Source: Dehalococcoidia bacterium
GTDB lineage: Bacteria > Chloroflexota > Dehalococcoidia > Bin125
Length of the DNA: 64,000 nucleotides
Direction: 5' to 3'
Assembly (NCBI GenBank): GCA_963663235.2
Contig: CAXXNO010000004.1
Span: 288,001 to 352,000 of the forward strand
The translations under genes were made by a program, and so were the position numbers. The notes beneath the pieces are model-generated. The model made no database searches, was not told where the DNA came from, and saw only the letters and a program-made list of their open reading frames with translations. This document shows positions 39,700 through 48,461 of this stretch, in pieces (the first letter of the stretch is position 1; the number at the start of each line of letters is the position of its first letter).

Positions 39700-40970
39700 T
39701 GCTCCCACTCCCACTCGATATCCCCCACGCGCACCCGATCGCCGGCCTGGACGCCGGCGCGGCGCAAGGCGGCGACTACGCCGCGGCGTGCGAGCCAGCG
39801 GTACGCTTCCTCACGCGAGAGTTCGTTCTCCATGTCCATCATCTCAACGAAGGTCTCGATCTGTGCGCCCGCCACTCGGTAGACGCCGTCCGACTCCTGA
39901 TGCACGTGGAAGCGGCGCGAGTCGGCCTTGGGTTTGATGATCGGCAACTCACGGGGAACGGCAGGTATCGCCTCGCGGACCTCTTGGAGGTTTCTGGCGC
40001 AACGCTCGGCCAGTTCGCGGGCGCCGATCCCCGCTGCGGCGGAGACGAACAGCGGCTGGATGTCGCGCGCGCGAAATGCGGCCTCGATGTCAGCGCGGCG
40101 TGCGCCGACATCATCCAGGTCGATTTTGTTGATCACGACCAGTTGGGGCCGGCGGGCCAGCTCCGCGCTGTAGGCCTCTAGCTCGTGACAGATCGTGTCG
40201 TAGGCGCCGACGGGATCGGTGACGCTGCCATCGATCAGGTGGAGCAGGAGACGCGTCCGCGCCGTATGGCGGAGAAAGTCGTGGCCCAAGCCGACCCCCT
40301 CAGCCGCCCCTTCGATCAGGCCGGGGAGGTCCGCCAGGACAAATTCACCCCAACCCACCGCTACCACGCCGAGCGCCGGCTCCAGTGTGGTGAAGGGGTA
40401 TTCGCCCACTCGCGGCCGCGCGGCGCTCAGCGCGCGCAGGAGCGTCGACTTGCCAGCATTCGGCAGTCCTACCACCCCCACGTCGGCGATGAGGCGCAAC
40501 TCCAGGCGCAAGCGCACGGTTTCGCCGCGGTGGCCCCGCTGTGCGACGCGCGGCGCTTGGTTTATCGAGTTTTTGAAGTACGTGTTGCCCCGCCCGCCGC
40601 GGCCGCCGCGCGCGAGGAGTGCCACTTGCCCGTCCGTCCGCAGATCCGCGATCACCTCTTCCGGCTCATCCTGTGCGCTAAGCCGGATGACCACTGTCCC
40701 CGCTGGGACGTCCAGAATTGTGTCCTCCCCTGCACGGCCATGCCGGTTGTTGCTCTCGCCGGGCTGCCCTGCCTTGGCATCAATGCGGCGCGTGTGGCGG
40801 TAGCGGTTGAGAGTGTTGGTTTGTGCCGTCGCCAGCGCGCTCACGTGGCCGCCTCGGCCGCCGTTGCCGCCGTCCGGCCCGCCCAGAGGAACGAACTTCT
40901 CGCGGTGGAACGATACGCAGCCGGCGCCACCGGCTCCAGCGCGCACTTCCACTTCCACTTGATCCAGCAT
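39696..40970 (-). CDS. obgE: GTPase ObgE
   Basis: GGPDGGNGGRGG, GLPNAGKST, YPFTT, DLPG and NKID motifs; C-terminal OCT domain. Confidence 0.97.
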   Translation of the reverse strand: MLDQVEVEVRAGAGGAGCVSFHREKFVPLGGPDGGNGGRGGHVSALATAQTNTLNRYRHTRRIDAKAGQPGESNNRHGRAGEDTILDVPAGTVVIRLSAQDEPEEVIADLRTDGQVALLARGGRGGRGNTYFKNSINQAPRVAQRGHRGETVRLRLELRLIADVGVVGLPNAGKSTLLRALSAARPRVGEYPFTTLEPALGVVAVGWGEFVLADLPGLIEGAAEGVGLGHDFLRHTARTRLLLHLIDGSVTDPVGAYDTICHELEAYSAELARRPQLVVINKIDLDDVGARRADIEAAFRARDIQPLFVSAAAGIGARELAERCARNLQEVREAIPAVPRELPIIKPKADSRRFHVHQESDGVYRVAGAQIETFVEMMDMENELSREEAYRWLARRGVVAALRRAGVQAGDRVRVGDIEWEWEQ

Positions 40971-40979
40971 TCGGCCGAC

Positions 40980-41315
40980 GTTTCCTGGTTAGGGTTTTCC
41001 CTAACGTGCACAGCGCTACTAAGACCTTGCTAACACAGTAAGGATAGGGATCATGGATCGTCGAAGTAGTCGTAGCGCAGTGGACTTTCTGGATAGCGTG
41101 AAGAGTGGCGTAAAGCGCGGCGAAAACCAACGTGGCCATCCCCGTAGATAGTCTGGGTTTGGGCGGAAGCGTGGATGGGTGTGGAGAAGGAGCCGATGCC
41201 CAGAGTGTGGGCCGGTCAACACTGAAGCAGTGATGCGGGCGAGTTATCCACTGCGGGAGCGCCTTCTCCACCAAGAAGGTGCACTTATCCACCGAAAAGG
41301 GCGGGGTGAATGTAG
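40980..41315. promoter_or_regulatory. oriC: Chromosomal replication origin (oriC)
   Basis: Lower-GC intergenic region next to dnaA. DnaA-box-like 9-mers TTATCCACT (41244), TTATCCACC (41285), TTCTCCACC (41264) and TGTGGAGAA (41180). Tandem boxes plus DnaA-trios at 41058-41096. Gene orientation switches nearby. Confidence 0.88.
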
Positions 41316-41324
41316 GGCGGGCGC

Positions 41325-42716
41325 TCAGCGCGCGGCGATGGCGGCCCGGATCTCCATCAAGTCACGCCGGGCATCGGGGTCTTCGTCGATCAACCGCTGG
41401 ATGCGGCGGAAGCCGTGCAAGACCGTGGTGTGGTCGCGGCCGCCGAGCAGGCGGCCGATCTGAGCGTACGACTGCTGCCCCACGTCCCGGAGGAGATACA
41501 TCGCCATGTGCCGGGCGTAGGCGACCTGTTTCTCCCGGCGGGCGCTGGTTAGGGCCTCGACCGGGACGCCGGTGCATTGGGCCACCGCTTCCAGGATGAT
41601 CGACGGCAGCGGCACGGCGGAGCGCGGGGTGGAAGTGATCGCGTTGAGGGCCTCCGCGGCGAGGTCACGGGAGATCGGCTGGCGGTAAAGACGCGCCAGG
41701 GCCGCGACTCGCGTCAGGGCTCCCTCCAGTTGGCGGATGTTGTCTTGCACTCGATGTGCGATCAGCAGCAGCACCTCTTCCGGTGCGTTGAGTTCCTCGA
41801 GTTCCGCCCGGGAGTGCAGGATGGCGAGGCGTGTCTCCACATCGGGCGGGGCGATATCGACGATCAGGCCCCCCTCGAAGCGAGAGCGCAGCCGTTCCTC
41901 GAGAGCGGTCAACAGCTTGGGTGAGACGTCGCTGCTGATCACGATCTGTTTGTTCTGGTTGTAGAGGGCATCGAAGGTGTGGAAGAACTCCTCCTGTGTC
42001 TGCTCGCCGCGCGAGATGAATTGGATATCGTCGATGAGGAGGACATCGACGTTGCGGAACTTCTGGCGGAAGCGCTCCATGCCGTGCTCACGCAGCGCGG
42101 TCACGAACTCGTTGGTGTATACCTCCGTGCTGAGGTAAAGGGTCTGAAGTTGCGGCGCGGTGATGTGCCCGATGGCCTGGAGCAGGTGCGTCTTGCCCAG
42201 GCCCACGCCGCCGTAGATGAAGAGCGGATTGTAGGTGCGCCCGGGCCGCTCCGCGACCGCCGTGGCAGCGGCGTGGGCGAGCCGGTTGCTGCGACCGACG
42301 ATGAACGTGTCAAACGTGTAGTGGGACGTGAGGACGGGGCGAGAGCGGCGGAACGGCGGAGGCTCGCTGGCCGGGAGCGGTTGCGCCGCTCTCTCCACGG
42401 GCGCTTCGTCGTGCGGGCGCACGACGAAGTCGACCTGGATGCGGCGGCCGGCCACGGCGGCGAGGGCTTCCGAGATAGCGGGATAGAACTGCGTGGTGAG
42501 GGCTTCGCGGGCGAAGTCGGAGGCGACGCTCACCTGCAGGACGCCGCCGTGGATGCCGCTGGCTTGCGTATCGGCGAACCAAGTGTCGAACGAGGGGGTC
42601 GGCACGACGCGCCGCAAGCGCTCGAGGGCGCCGCGCCACAGTTGCGAAGGGGAGGGCAGCGCGCCGCGGTCCTCGGGCTTGGGGTTTGGGTTTGGGTCGC
42701 TGGGGGCAGCAGGCAT
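41325..42716 (-). CDS. dnaA: Chromosomal replication initiator
   Basis: YTFDTFIVG, YNPLFIYGGVGLGKTHL, IDDIQF and GGRDHTTV motifs. Confidence 0.98.
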   Translation of the reverse strand: MPAAPSDPNPNPKPEDRGALPSPSQLWRGALERLRRVVPTPSFDTWFADTQASGIHGGVLQVSVASDFAREALTTQFYPAISEALAAVAGRRIQVDFVVRPHDEAPVERAAQPLPASEPPPFRRSRPVLTSHYTFDTFIVGRSNRLAHAAATAVAERPGRTYNPLFIYGGVGLGKTHLLQAIGHITAPQLQTLYLSTEVYTNEFVTALREHGMERFRQKFRNVDVLLIDDIQFISRGEQTQEEFFHTFDALYNQNKQIVISSDVSPKLLTALEERLRSRFEGGLIVDIAPPDVETRLAILHSRAELEELNAPEEVLLLIAHRVQDNIRQLEGALTRVAALARLYRQPISRDLAAEALNAITSTPRSAVPLPSIILEAVAQCTGVPVEALTSARREKQVAYARHMAMYLLRDVGQQSYAQIGRLLGGRDHTTVLHGFRRIQRLIDEDPDARRDLMEIRAAIAAR

Positions 42717-43010
42717 CGGCGCGCGCGACTCTCGACTGCTTGGGGACCCGATCGCCGCGGCATGTGAGCCCGAGGCGCCCGAGGCCCGCTCCGAGCAGAG
42801 GATGCCGGGGGACAATCGTCCGTTTCTTATCTGGGGCAAGCCTGGACGGGAGCGATAGTAGGGAGCGCAAGGCGGTCCTGACAAGAGGCTCCTAGACGGA
42901 TTACAAGCTTCCGCCGGATCTGATCGTGTGGCGGGCGTTTGTCGAGGGGGGAAAGGGGCCCGTATAGTAGCCGTCACCCTCAGGAAGGGCGCCGGTGGTG
43001 AAGCGCGCAT

Positions 43011-43787
43011 ATGTTGCTGGCAATCGACATCGGCAACACGACGGTGCAGTTAGGGCTGTTCACGGGCGATAGGCTGGGCCCCACCTGGCGGCTCGCCACG
43101 GCGCACGAGCGGCTGGCGGACGAATACGGCGTTCTGCTGCAAGCCCTGCTGCGCACCAAGGGGATCGAGCAGGAAGCGGTCGACGGGGCCATCATCGCCT
43201 CGGTGGTGCCCGCGCTGGCCCCGGTGTTTCAAGAGGTCTGCCGGCGCTATTTCGGGGTCGAGCCGCTGCTGGTGGGGGGCGGGCTGAAGACGGGGCTGCG
43301 CATCGTCTACGACAGCCCGCGGGAGGTCGGCGCCGACCGGGTCGTCGACGCCGTGGCGGCCCTCCAGCACCACGGGCCGCCGCCGCTGATCGTGGTGGAC
43401 TTCGGCACGGCGACGGTGTTCGACGCGATCGACCGGGAGGGCAGCTACATCGGCGGGTCCATCGCCCCGGGGATCGGCGTGGCGGCGGAGGCGCTGTTCG
43501 AGCGGGCGTCACGGCTGTACCGGGTCGAGCTGCAGCGGCCGGAGAGCGCCATCGGCTCTAACACGGTCGCGGCCGTGCAGTCGGGCATTCTCTTTGGGTA
43601 CGTTGGGCTGGTGGAGGGCATGATCAGCCGCTTCAAAGCCGAGTTGGGCGGAGGCCGGGTGATCGGGACCGGCGGCTGGGCGGAGCAGATCGCCCAGGAG
43701 ACCACCGCCGTGGACGTGGTGGCGCCGGATCTCACGCTGGAGGGGCTGCGGATCCTCTACGCCCTGAATATCGAGGGACGAGAGTGA
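43011..43787 (+). CDS. coaX: Type III pantothenate kinase
   Basis: AIDIGNT, VGADR, VDFGTAT, GGSIAPG and TGG motifs. Confidence 0.96.
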   Translation: MLLAIDIGNTTVQLGLFTGDRLGPTWRLATAHERLADEYGVLLQALLRTKGIEQEAVDGAIIASVVPALAPVFQEVCRRYFGVEPLLVGGGLKTGLRIVYDSPREVGADRVVDAVAALQHHGPPPLIVVDFGTATVFDAIDREGSYIGGSIAPGIGVAAEALFERASRLYRVELQRPESAIGSNTVAAVQSGILFGYVGLVEGMISRFKAELGGGRVIGTGGWAEQIAQETTAVDVVAPDLTLEGLRILYALNIEGRE

Positions 43788-45022
43788 GCGAATTGGCGAC
43801 CGGGCCCCTGGAACCCGGACCGGCCGCCCTGGACGGGCGCCGAGTGGTGCTCGGTGTGAGCGGCTCCATTGCCGCCTACAAGGCGTTCGAGATCGCGCGA
43901 CTGCTGGAGGGGGCGGGCGCGACGGTCGACGTGGTGCTGACCGAGAACGCGGAGCGCTTCGCGCCCGCGCTGACGTTCCGCAGTCTGGTCCGTGGCTTGG
44001 TGGCCGCCGACATGTTCGCGGAGGATGTGCCGGCGGAGTTGCACGTGGAGCTGGGACGGCGCGCCGACGCGCTGGTGCTGGCCCCGGCCACCGCTACGAC
44101 CGTCGCCAAGCTGGCGCAAGGCATCGCCGATTCGCTGGTCACGCTGACGGCGCTGGCGACCACCGGGCCGGTGCTGGTGGCGCCGGCGATGGATGCCGTC
44201 ATGTACAACCACCCGGCGACGCAGGCCAACGTCGAGCGGCTGCGAGCCCGGGGAGTCCTGCTGGTGGGGCCGGAGACCGGCCGCCTGGCCAGCGGGCAGG
44301 TGGGGATCGGGCGGCTGGCGGACCCGGAAGCGATCGTCGGGGGCGCGCGGGCGCTCATCGGGCGGGAGCATGGCGATCTGCGCGGGCGGCACGTGGTGGT
44401 CTCGGCCGGAGGGAGCCGGGAAGCGCTCGACCCCGTGCGCTACCTCGGCAATCGCTCCAGCGGCAAGATGGGCTTCGCCCTGGCCGAAGCAGCGCGAGAC
44501 CGCGGCGCGGCCGTCTCGCTGATCAGCACGGAACCGGTGCCGGCGCGGCTGTTCGGGGTGACCGTCGATCGGGTGGAGAGCGCGCAGGAGATGCTGGGTG
44601 CGCTGGAGCGGCGCGTCCGCAGCGCCGACGTTCTGGTGATGGCCGCCGCTGTTGCAGACTTTCGGCCAGCCGAGGCCGCTGTCGAGAAGCGGAAAAAGCA
44701 AGGGGACGGCGCCGGCTGGTCGTTGGATCTCTGCGAGACGCCCGACCTGCTCGCGTCGCTGAGCGGCCGCTTCCTCAAGATCGGCTTCGCCGCGGAGACG
44801 AACGACCTGGTGGCGAACGCCCAGGCCAAGTTCAAGAAAAAGGGGCTGGACCTGATCGTGGCCAACGACGTCAGCGACCCCGAGTCCGGCTTCGGGGGCG
44901 ACACCAATCGGGTTGTCCTCATCGACGGAGGAGGCGAGCCGGAGGCGCTGCCGCTGCTGTCGAAGTACTGCGTCGCCGGGCGGGTGCTGGACCGCGTCGC
45001 GGCGCTGCTGGCCGGTCGCTAG
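43784..45022 (+). CDS. coaBC: Bifunctional phosphopantothenoylcysteine decarboxylase/synthetase
   Basis: GSIAAYK, APAM, DPVRYLGNRSSGKMG, GFAAET and IVAND motifs. Confidence 0.96.
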   Translation: MSELATGPLEPGPAALDGRRVVLGVSGSIAAYKAFEIARLLEGAGATVDVVLTENAERFAPALTFRSLVRGLVAADMFAEDVPAELHVELGRRADALVLAPATATTVAKLAQGIADSLVTLTALATTGPVLVAPAMDAVMYNHPATQANVERLRARGVLLVGPETGRLASGQVGIGRLADPEAIVGGARALIGREHGDLRGRHVVVSAGGSREALDPVRYLGNRSSGKMGFALAEAARDRGAAVSLISTEPVPARLFGVTVDRVESAQEMLGALERRVRSADVLVMAAAVADFRPAEAAVEKRKKQGDGAGWSLDLCETPDLLASLSGRFLKIGFAAETNDLVANAQAKFKKKGLDLIVANDVSDPESGFGGDTNRVVLIDGGGEPEALPLLSKYCVAGRVLDRVAALLAGR

Positions 45023-45348
45023 GCGAGCTCTTCCTTCAGCGGCCGCCGATCCGGCGGCAGGCTGAAGAAGTTACAGAAGCACGTGCCCTCAAAGTCCACC
45101 AACCCGTTCGCCACGGGCGGGCAGACGCAGATCGTCTCGTCCGTGTTCCCCGGCTGGCAGGGGCAGAAGAACTTGCCGAACTTGAGGCGCATGGTGACGA
45201 AGTCCTCGATGGTCTGGTCGCCGTTGGTGAGGATGTAGCCGCGCTCTTCACAGAAGCGTTGCGCCAGCTCTCGCATCTCGCGGCGGTAGGTCTCCCGCAG
45301 CGCCGCTTCCTCATCGGGCGGCAGGTCCGTGGTGCGCTCGGCGGTCAT
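45019..45348 (-). CDS. Ferredoxin-thioredoxin reductase catalytic subunit-like protein
   Basis: KFGKFFCPC...ICVC...GTCFCNFF: three CxC motifs as in the FTR catalytic chain. Confidence 0.82.
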   Translation of the reverse strand: MTAERTTDLPPDEEAALRETYRREMRELAQRFCEERGYILTNGDQTIEDFVTMRLKFGKFFCPCQPGNTDETICVCPPVANGLVDFEGTCFCNFFSLPPDRRPLKEELA

Positions 45349-45368
45349 GGCATCCTTCCGCAGGGCGC

Positions 45369-46874
45369 CTAGCGGCCGGCCGTGGCCAGGGCGAACTCCA
45401 CCAGCGTGCGCACGGGCACGCCGGTGGCGCCCTTTACGAGGACGCCCTTGTCCTTGTCCGAGTCGTCGATGCCGGCGATGTCGAGGTGCGCCCAGGGCGT
45501 CTCGCCCGCGAACTTGGCCAGGAACTTGGCCGCGGTGATGGCGCCACCGAGACGCCCGCCGGTGTTCTTGACGTCGGCGATGTCGCTCTTAATCAGTTCG
45601 TCGTACTCCTCAAACATCGGCAACTGCCAGATGGGCTCCCCGGCGCGCTTGGCTGCGGCCTGTAATTCGGCGACCAGCGCGTCGTCGTTGGCCATGAGGC
45701 CGAAGGCGACGGTGCCCAAGGCCACGGCGCAGGCCCCGGTGAGCGTGGCGATGTCCACTAAGGGCGAGAGGTGCAGGTGGTTGGCGTAGCAGAGGGCATC
45801 GGCGAGGATCAGGCGCCCCTCGGCGTCGGTGTTGATCACCTCGATGGACGTGCCGTTCATGGCGGTGAGGATATCGCCTGGTTTAATGGCCGCGCCACCG
45901 GGCATGTTCTCTGTGGCGGGGACGATGGCGGTGACGTTGATCGGCGCCTGGAGACGGGCGAGCGCGACGGTGGCGCAGACGGCCGCGCCGCCGCCGCTCA
46001 TGTCCTGCTTCATGGCCCCCATGTTGTCGGCGGGCTTAATTGAGATGCCGCCGGTATCGAAGGTGATGCCCTTGCCGACAAAGCCCAGCCCCGGTTCCGC
46101 GCCGCCGCCGCGATGCCGCAGCACGATCAACTGCGGCGGCTGGTGCGACCCGCGGGCCACGCCCAGAAAGGCGCCCATGCCTAGGGCGCGCAGCGCTTCT
46201 TGATCCAAGATCTCGCAGTCCAGCCCCGTCTCCGCAGCCAGCGCCTGAGCGCGGCCGGCGAACTCCGTCGGCGTGAGGACGTTGCTGGGCTCGTTGGCGA
46301 GGTCGCGCGCTAGGTTGGCCGCCTCCGCCACGATGCGGCCGCGATCGCGGCCGCGGTCGAGCGCGGGCCCATCGCCGCCGAGCAGTACCAGGCGATCGAT
46401 CGCGTGGCGCGGTTCCGGCGGGGCGGACTGATAGCGCTCGAACCGGTAGAGCCCCAGCACGACGGCCTCGGTCGCAGCCTGGGCCAGCGCTTCCTCGCCG
46501 AAGGCCGTGAGGGAGGGGCTCTGGAGGTCGATTGCCAGACTGCCGTCCGACAACGCGCGCGCGCGGCGCGCGGCGTCCGCGGTCACGGCCCGGACCCGGT
46601 CGAGATCGACGGAGGCGGCATCACCGAGCCCCGCCAAGAGGACGCGCTGGGCGGCCAGCTTGCCGAGCGAGTGGACCACCACCACCTCACCCTTGCGGCC
46701 GGTGAGCTCGCCCTGCGCCGCCAAGGCGCGGAGCGCACCGTCGAGCGCAGCGTCGAGCGACTGCAGCGGGCCGCCGCCGACGGGGTCATCACGACGGTCG
46801 ACGAAGAGCAGCAGGTTCGTCGCGTCGATGACGGCGGGGTCCATGGTCGCGGTATCAATCGAGAGGTCCGGCAC
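45369..46874 (-). CDS. pepA: Leucyl aminopeptidase (M17)
   Basis: GKGITFDTGG, NTDAEGRL, ATLTGA and WAHLDIAG motifs. Confidence 0.96.
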   Translation of the reverse strand: MPDLSIDTATMDPAVIDATNLLLFVDRRDDPVGGGPLQSLDAALDGALRALAAQGELTGRKGEVVVVHSLGKLAAQRVLLAGLGDAASVDLDRVRAVTADAARRARALSDGSLAIDLQSPSLTAFGEEALAQAATEAVVLGLYRFERYQSAPPEPRHAIDRLVLLGGDGPALDRGRDRGRIVAEAANLARDLANEPSNVLTPTEFAGRAQALAAETGLDCEILDQEALRALGMGAFLGVARGSHQPPQLIVLRHRGGGAEPGLGFVGKGITFDTGGISIKPADNMGAMKQDMSGGGAAVCATVALARLQAPINVTAIVPATENMPGGAAIKPGDILTAMNGTSIEVINTDAEGRLILADALCYANHLHLSPLVDIATLTGACAVALGTVAFGLMANDDALVAELQAAAKRAGEPIWQLPMFEEYDELIKSDIADVKNTGGRLGGAITAAKFLAKFAGETPWAHLDIAGIDDSDKDKGVLVKGATGVPVRTLVEFALATAGR

Positions 46875-46932
46875 GCGGCGATCGTAACACGCGCGCCTTG
46901 GACGCCTCGGGCGGCGGGGCTACGGTGTGGCC

Positions 46933-47736
46933 ATGATCGAAGCGGCGGTGCGGAGGGGACTGGGGATGGCGAAGGGCGGCGCGCCGCGCCTCTTCCTCGC
47001 CGAGTTGGGCATCGTCGCGCTGGGCGGCCTGGCGTACTTTCTCGTCCGCGGCGCCGTCAGCGATCGCGCGGTGGAAGCGGCCGAGCGCGCCGCCGGGATC
47101 ATCGATATCGAGCGGGCGTTGGGGATCTACTGGGAGCCCGCGATGCAGGGCTGGATCCTGCAGTCGCGTCCGCTGATCGAGCTGTTCAACGGCATCTACT
47201 TCTGGACGCACATGCCTGTCGTGGTGGTGGTGGCGGTGTGGCTGTTCTGGCGGCGTCGCGCGCTGTACCTGTTCACGCGGAACGCGTTTCTGTCATCGGC
47301 CATCCTGGCGCTGGCGATGTACTACGCGCTGCCCGTGGCGCCGCCGCGCCTCCTGCCGGACGCCGGCGTCGTCGATACCGTGGCGCGCTACAGTCAGGCG
47401 TCGTACCAGGCGCAGGAGCTGGAGCCGTTCGTGAACCCGTACGCCGCTCTCCCCAGCCTGCACTTCGGCTGGGCGCTTCTGCTGAGCGTGGCGCTGGTGC
47501 TCGGACGGCCGCGCGGTCGCTGGGGGGCGGCGGCCGTGGTGGCAGCCGTGGCGCTGCCGACGGCGCAGCTCTTCGCGGTGGTGCTGACGGGCAACCACTT
47601 CATCCTGGATGCGGTGGCGGGGGCAGCGGTGGCGGGCGTGGCGTTGGCGCTGGCGCTGGCGTGGCGGCGGTATGGGGAGGCGGCGCTTGGAGTCGCAGGG
47701 CGACCAGAAAGGGAGGCCCCATGGCAGTCACCTTGA
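46933..47736 (+). CDS. PAP2-family membrane phosphatase/phosphotransferase (PAP2_3)
   Basis: PVAPPR, NPYAALPSLHFGW and TGNHFILD motifs. Confidence 0.88.
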   Translation: MIEAAVRRGLGMAKGGAPRLFLAELGIVALGGLAYFLVRGAVSDRAVEAAERAAGIIDIERALGIYWEPAMQGWILQSRPLIELFNGIYFWTHMPVVVVVAVWLFWRRRALYLFTRNAFLSSAILALAMYYALPVAPPRLLPDAGVVDTVARYSQASYQAQELEPFVNPYAALPSLHFGWALLLSVALVLGRPRGRWGAAAVVAAVALPTAQLFAVVLTGNHFILDAVAGAAVAGVALALALAWRRYGEAALGVAGRPEREAPWQSP

Positions 47737-47885
47737 GCGCGGCGAACAGCGTGCCCGGATGGGAGATCGCCGGGACGCTCGGGCTGGTGACGGGGAGCGC
47801 CGTTCGCGCCCGGCACGGGGCCCGCGCCCAGTGGGATGTTATTGTGCGTGCGGAAATCGCTATGTTAGGATGGCGGCAGCGATAG
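47721..47885 (+). pseudogene. Truncated YbjQ-family (heavy-metal-binding) gene
   Basis: MAVTLSAANSVPGWEIAGTLGLVTGSAVRARH matches the YbjQ N-terminus, then similarity stops; GGAGG RBS present. Confidence 0.65.
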
Positions 47886-47938
47886 ACCCGAGGCGCACCG
47901 GCCAGCCGGCCGCGAGGTGAGCGCCGACTGCGGGTCTC
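47886..47938 (+). promoter_or_regulatory. Hairpin in the rpsO 5' leader (candidate S15 autoregulatory element)
   Basis: Nested pairing AGACCCG/CGGGTCT and GGCGC/GCGCC directly upstream of rpsO. Confidence 0.45.
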
Positions 47939-47973
47939 GTACGCCCAGAGGGAACCGACCCTATGGCTTGTAA

Positions 47974-48240
47974 ATGCTGACGCGCGAGCAAAAAGACGCC
48001 ACCATCCGAGCGCATCGTGTGCACGAAACGGACACCGGGTCCCCGGAGGTCCAGGTTTCTATGCTGACCGAGCGGATCAAAGGCCTGACGGAGCACTTGC
48101 GGGAGCATCGGCACGATCACAGCACGCGCCGCGGCCTGCTGAAGCTCGTCGGGCGGCGCCGACGCCAGCTGGCGTACCTCAACAAGACGGACGTAGAGCG
48201 ATACCGCAACCTGATCAACAGCCTCGGCCTCCGCAAATAG
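47974..48240 (+). CDS. rpsO: 30S ribosomal protein S15
   Basis: [23 protein letters not shown] and LGLRK motifs. Confidence 0.98.
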   Translation: MLTREQKDATIRAHRVHETDTGSPEVQVSMLTERIKGLTEHLREHRHDHSTRRGLLKLVGRRRRQLAYLNKTDVERYRNLINSLGLRK

Positions 48241-48461
48241 CGGAGGCCGTACGACTTAAAAGGTCGCGACGGCAAGGACCGTCGGTGGCGCGACGCGCCG
48301 GAGCCGCAGGGACATGGAGCGGCCTGAGCGCGGGCGCCGAGGCAGATCACTGTTGACGCCGGCCCTTCAAGGAGGTCGAAGGCGAGCCGGCGTCCCGTGG
48401 ATGCATGGGTCAACCGCACGTATCACAAGTCCGGCGCGATCGCCGGACGCAGAAGGGCACT

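Noticed and set aside
40780-41292. 170-aa ORF across the obgE-dnaA gap
   Set aside because: Atypical composition, overlap with obgE, and it coincides with DnaA boxes and trios, so the region is better explained as oriC.
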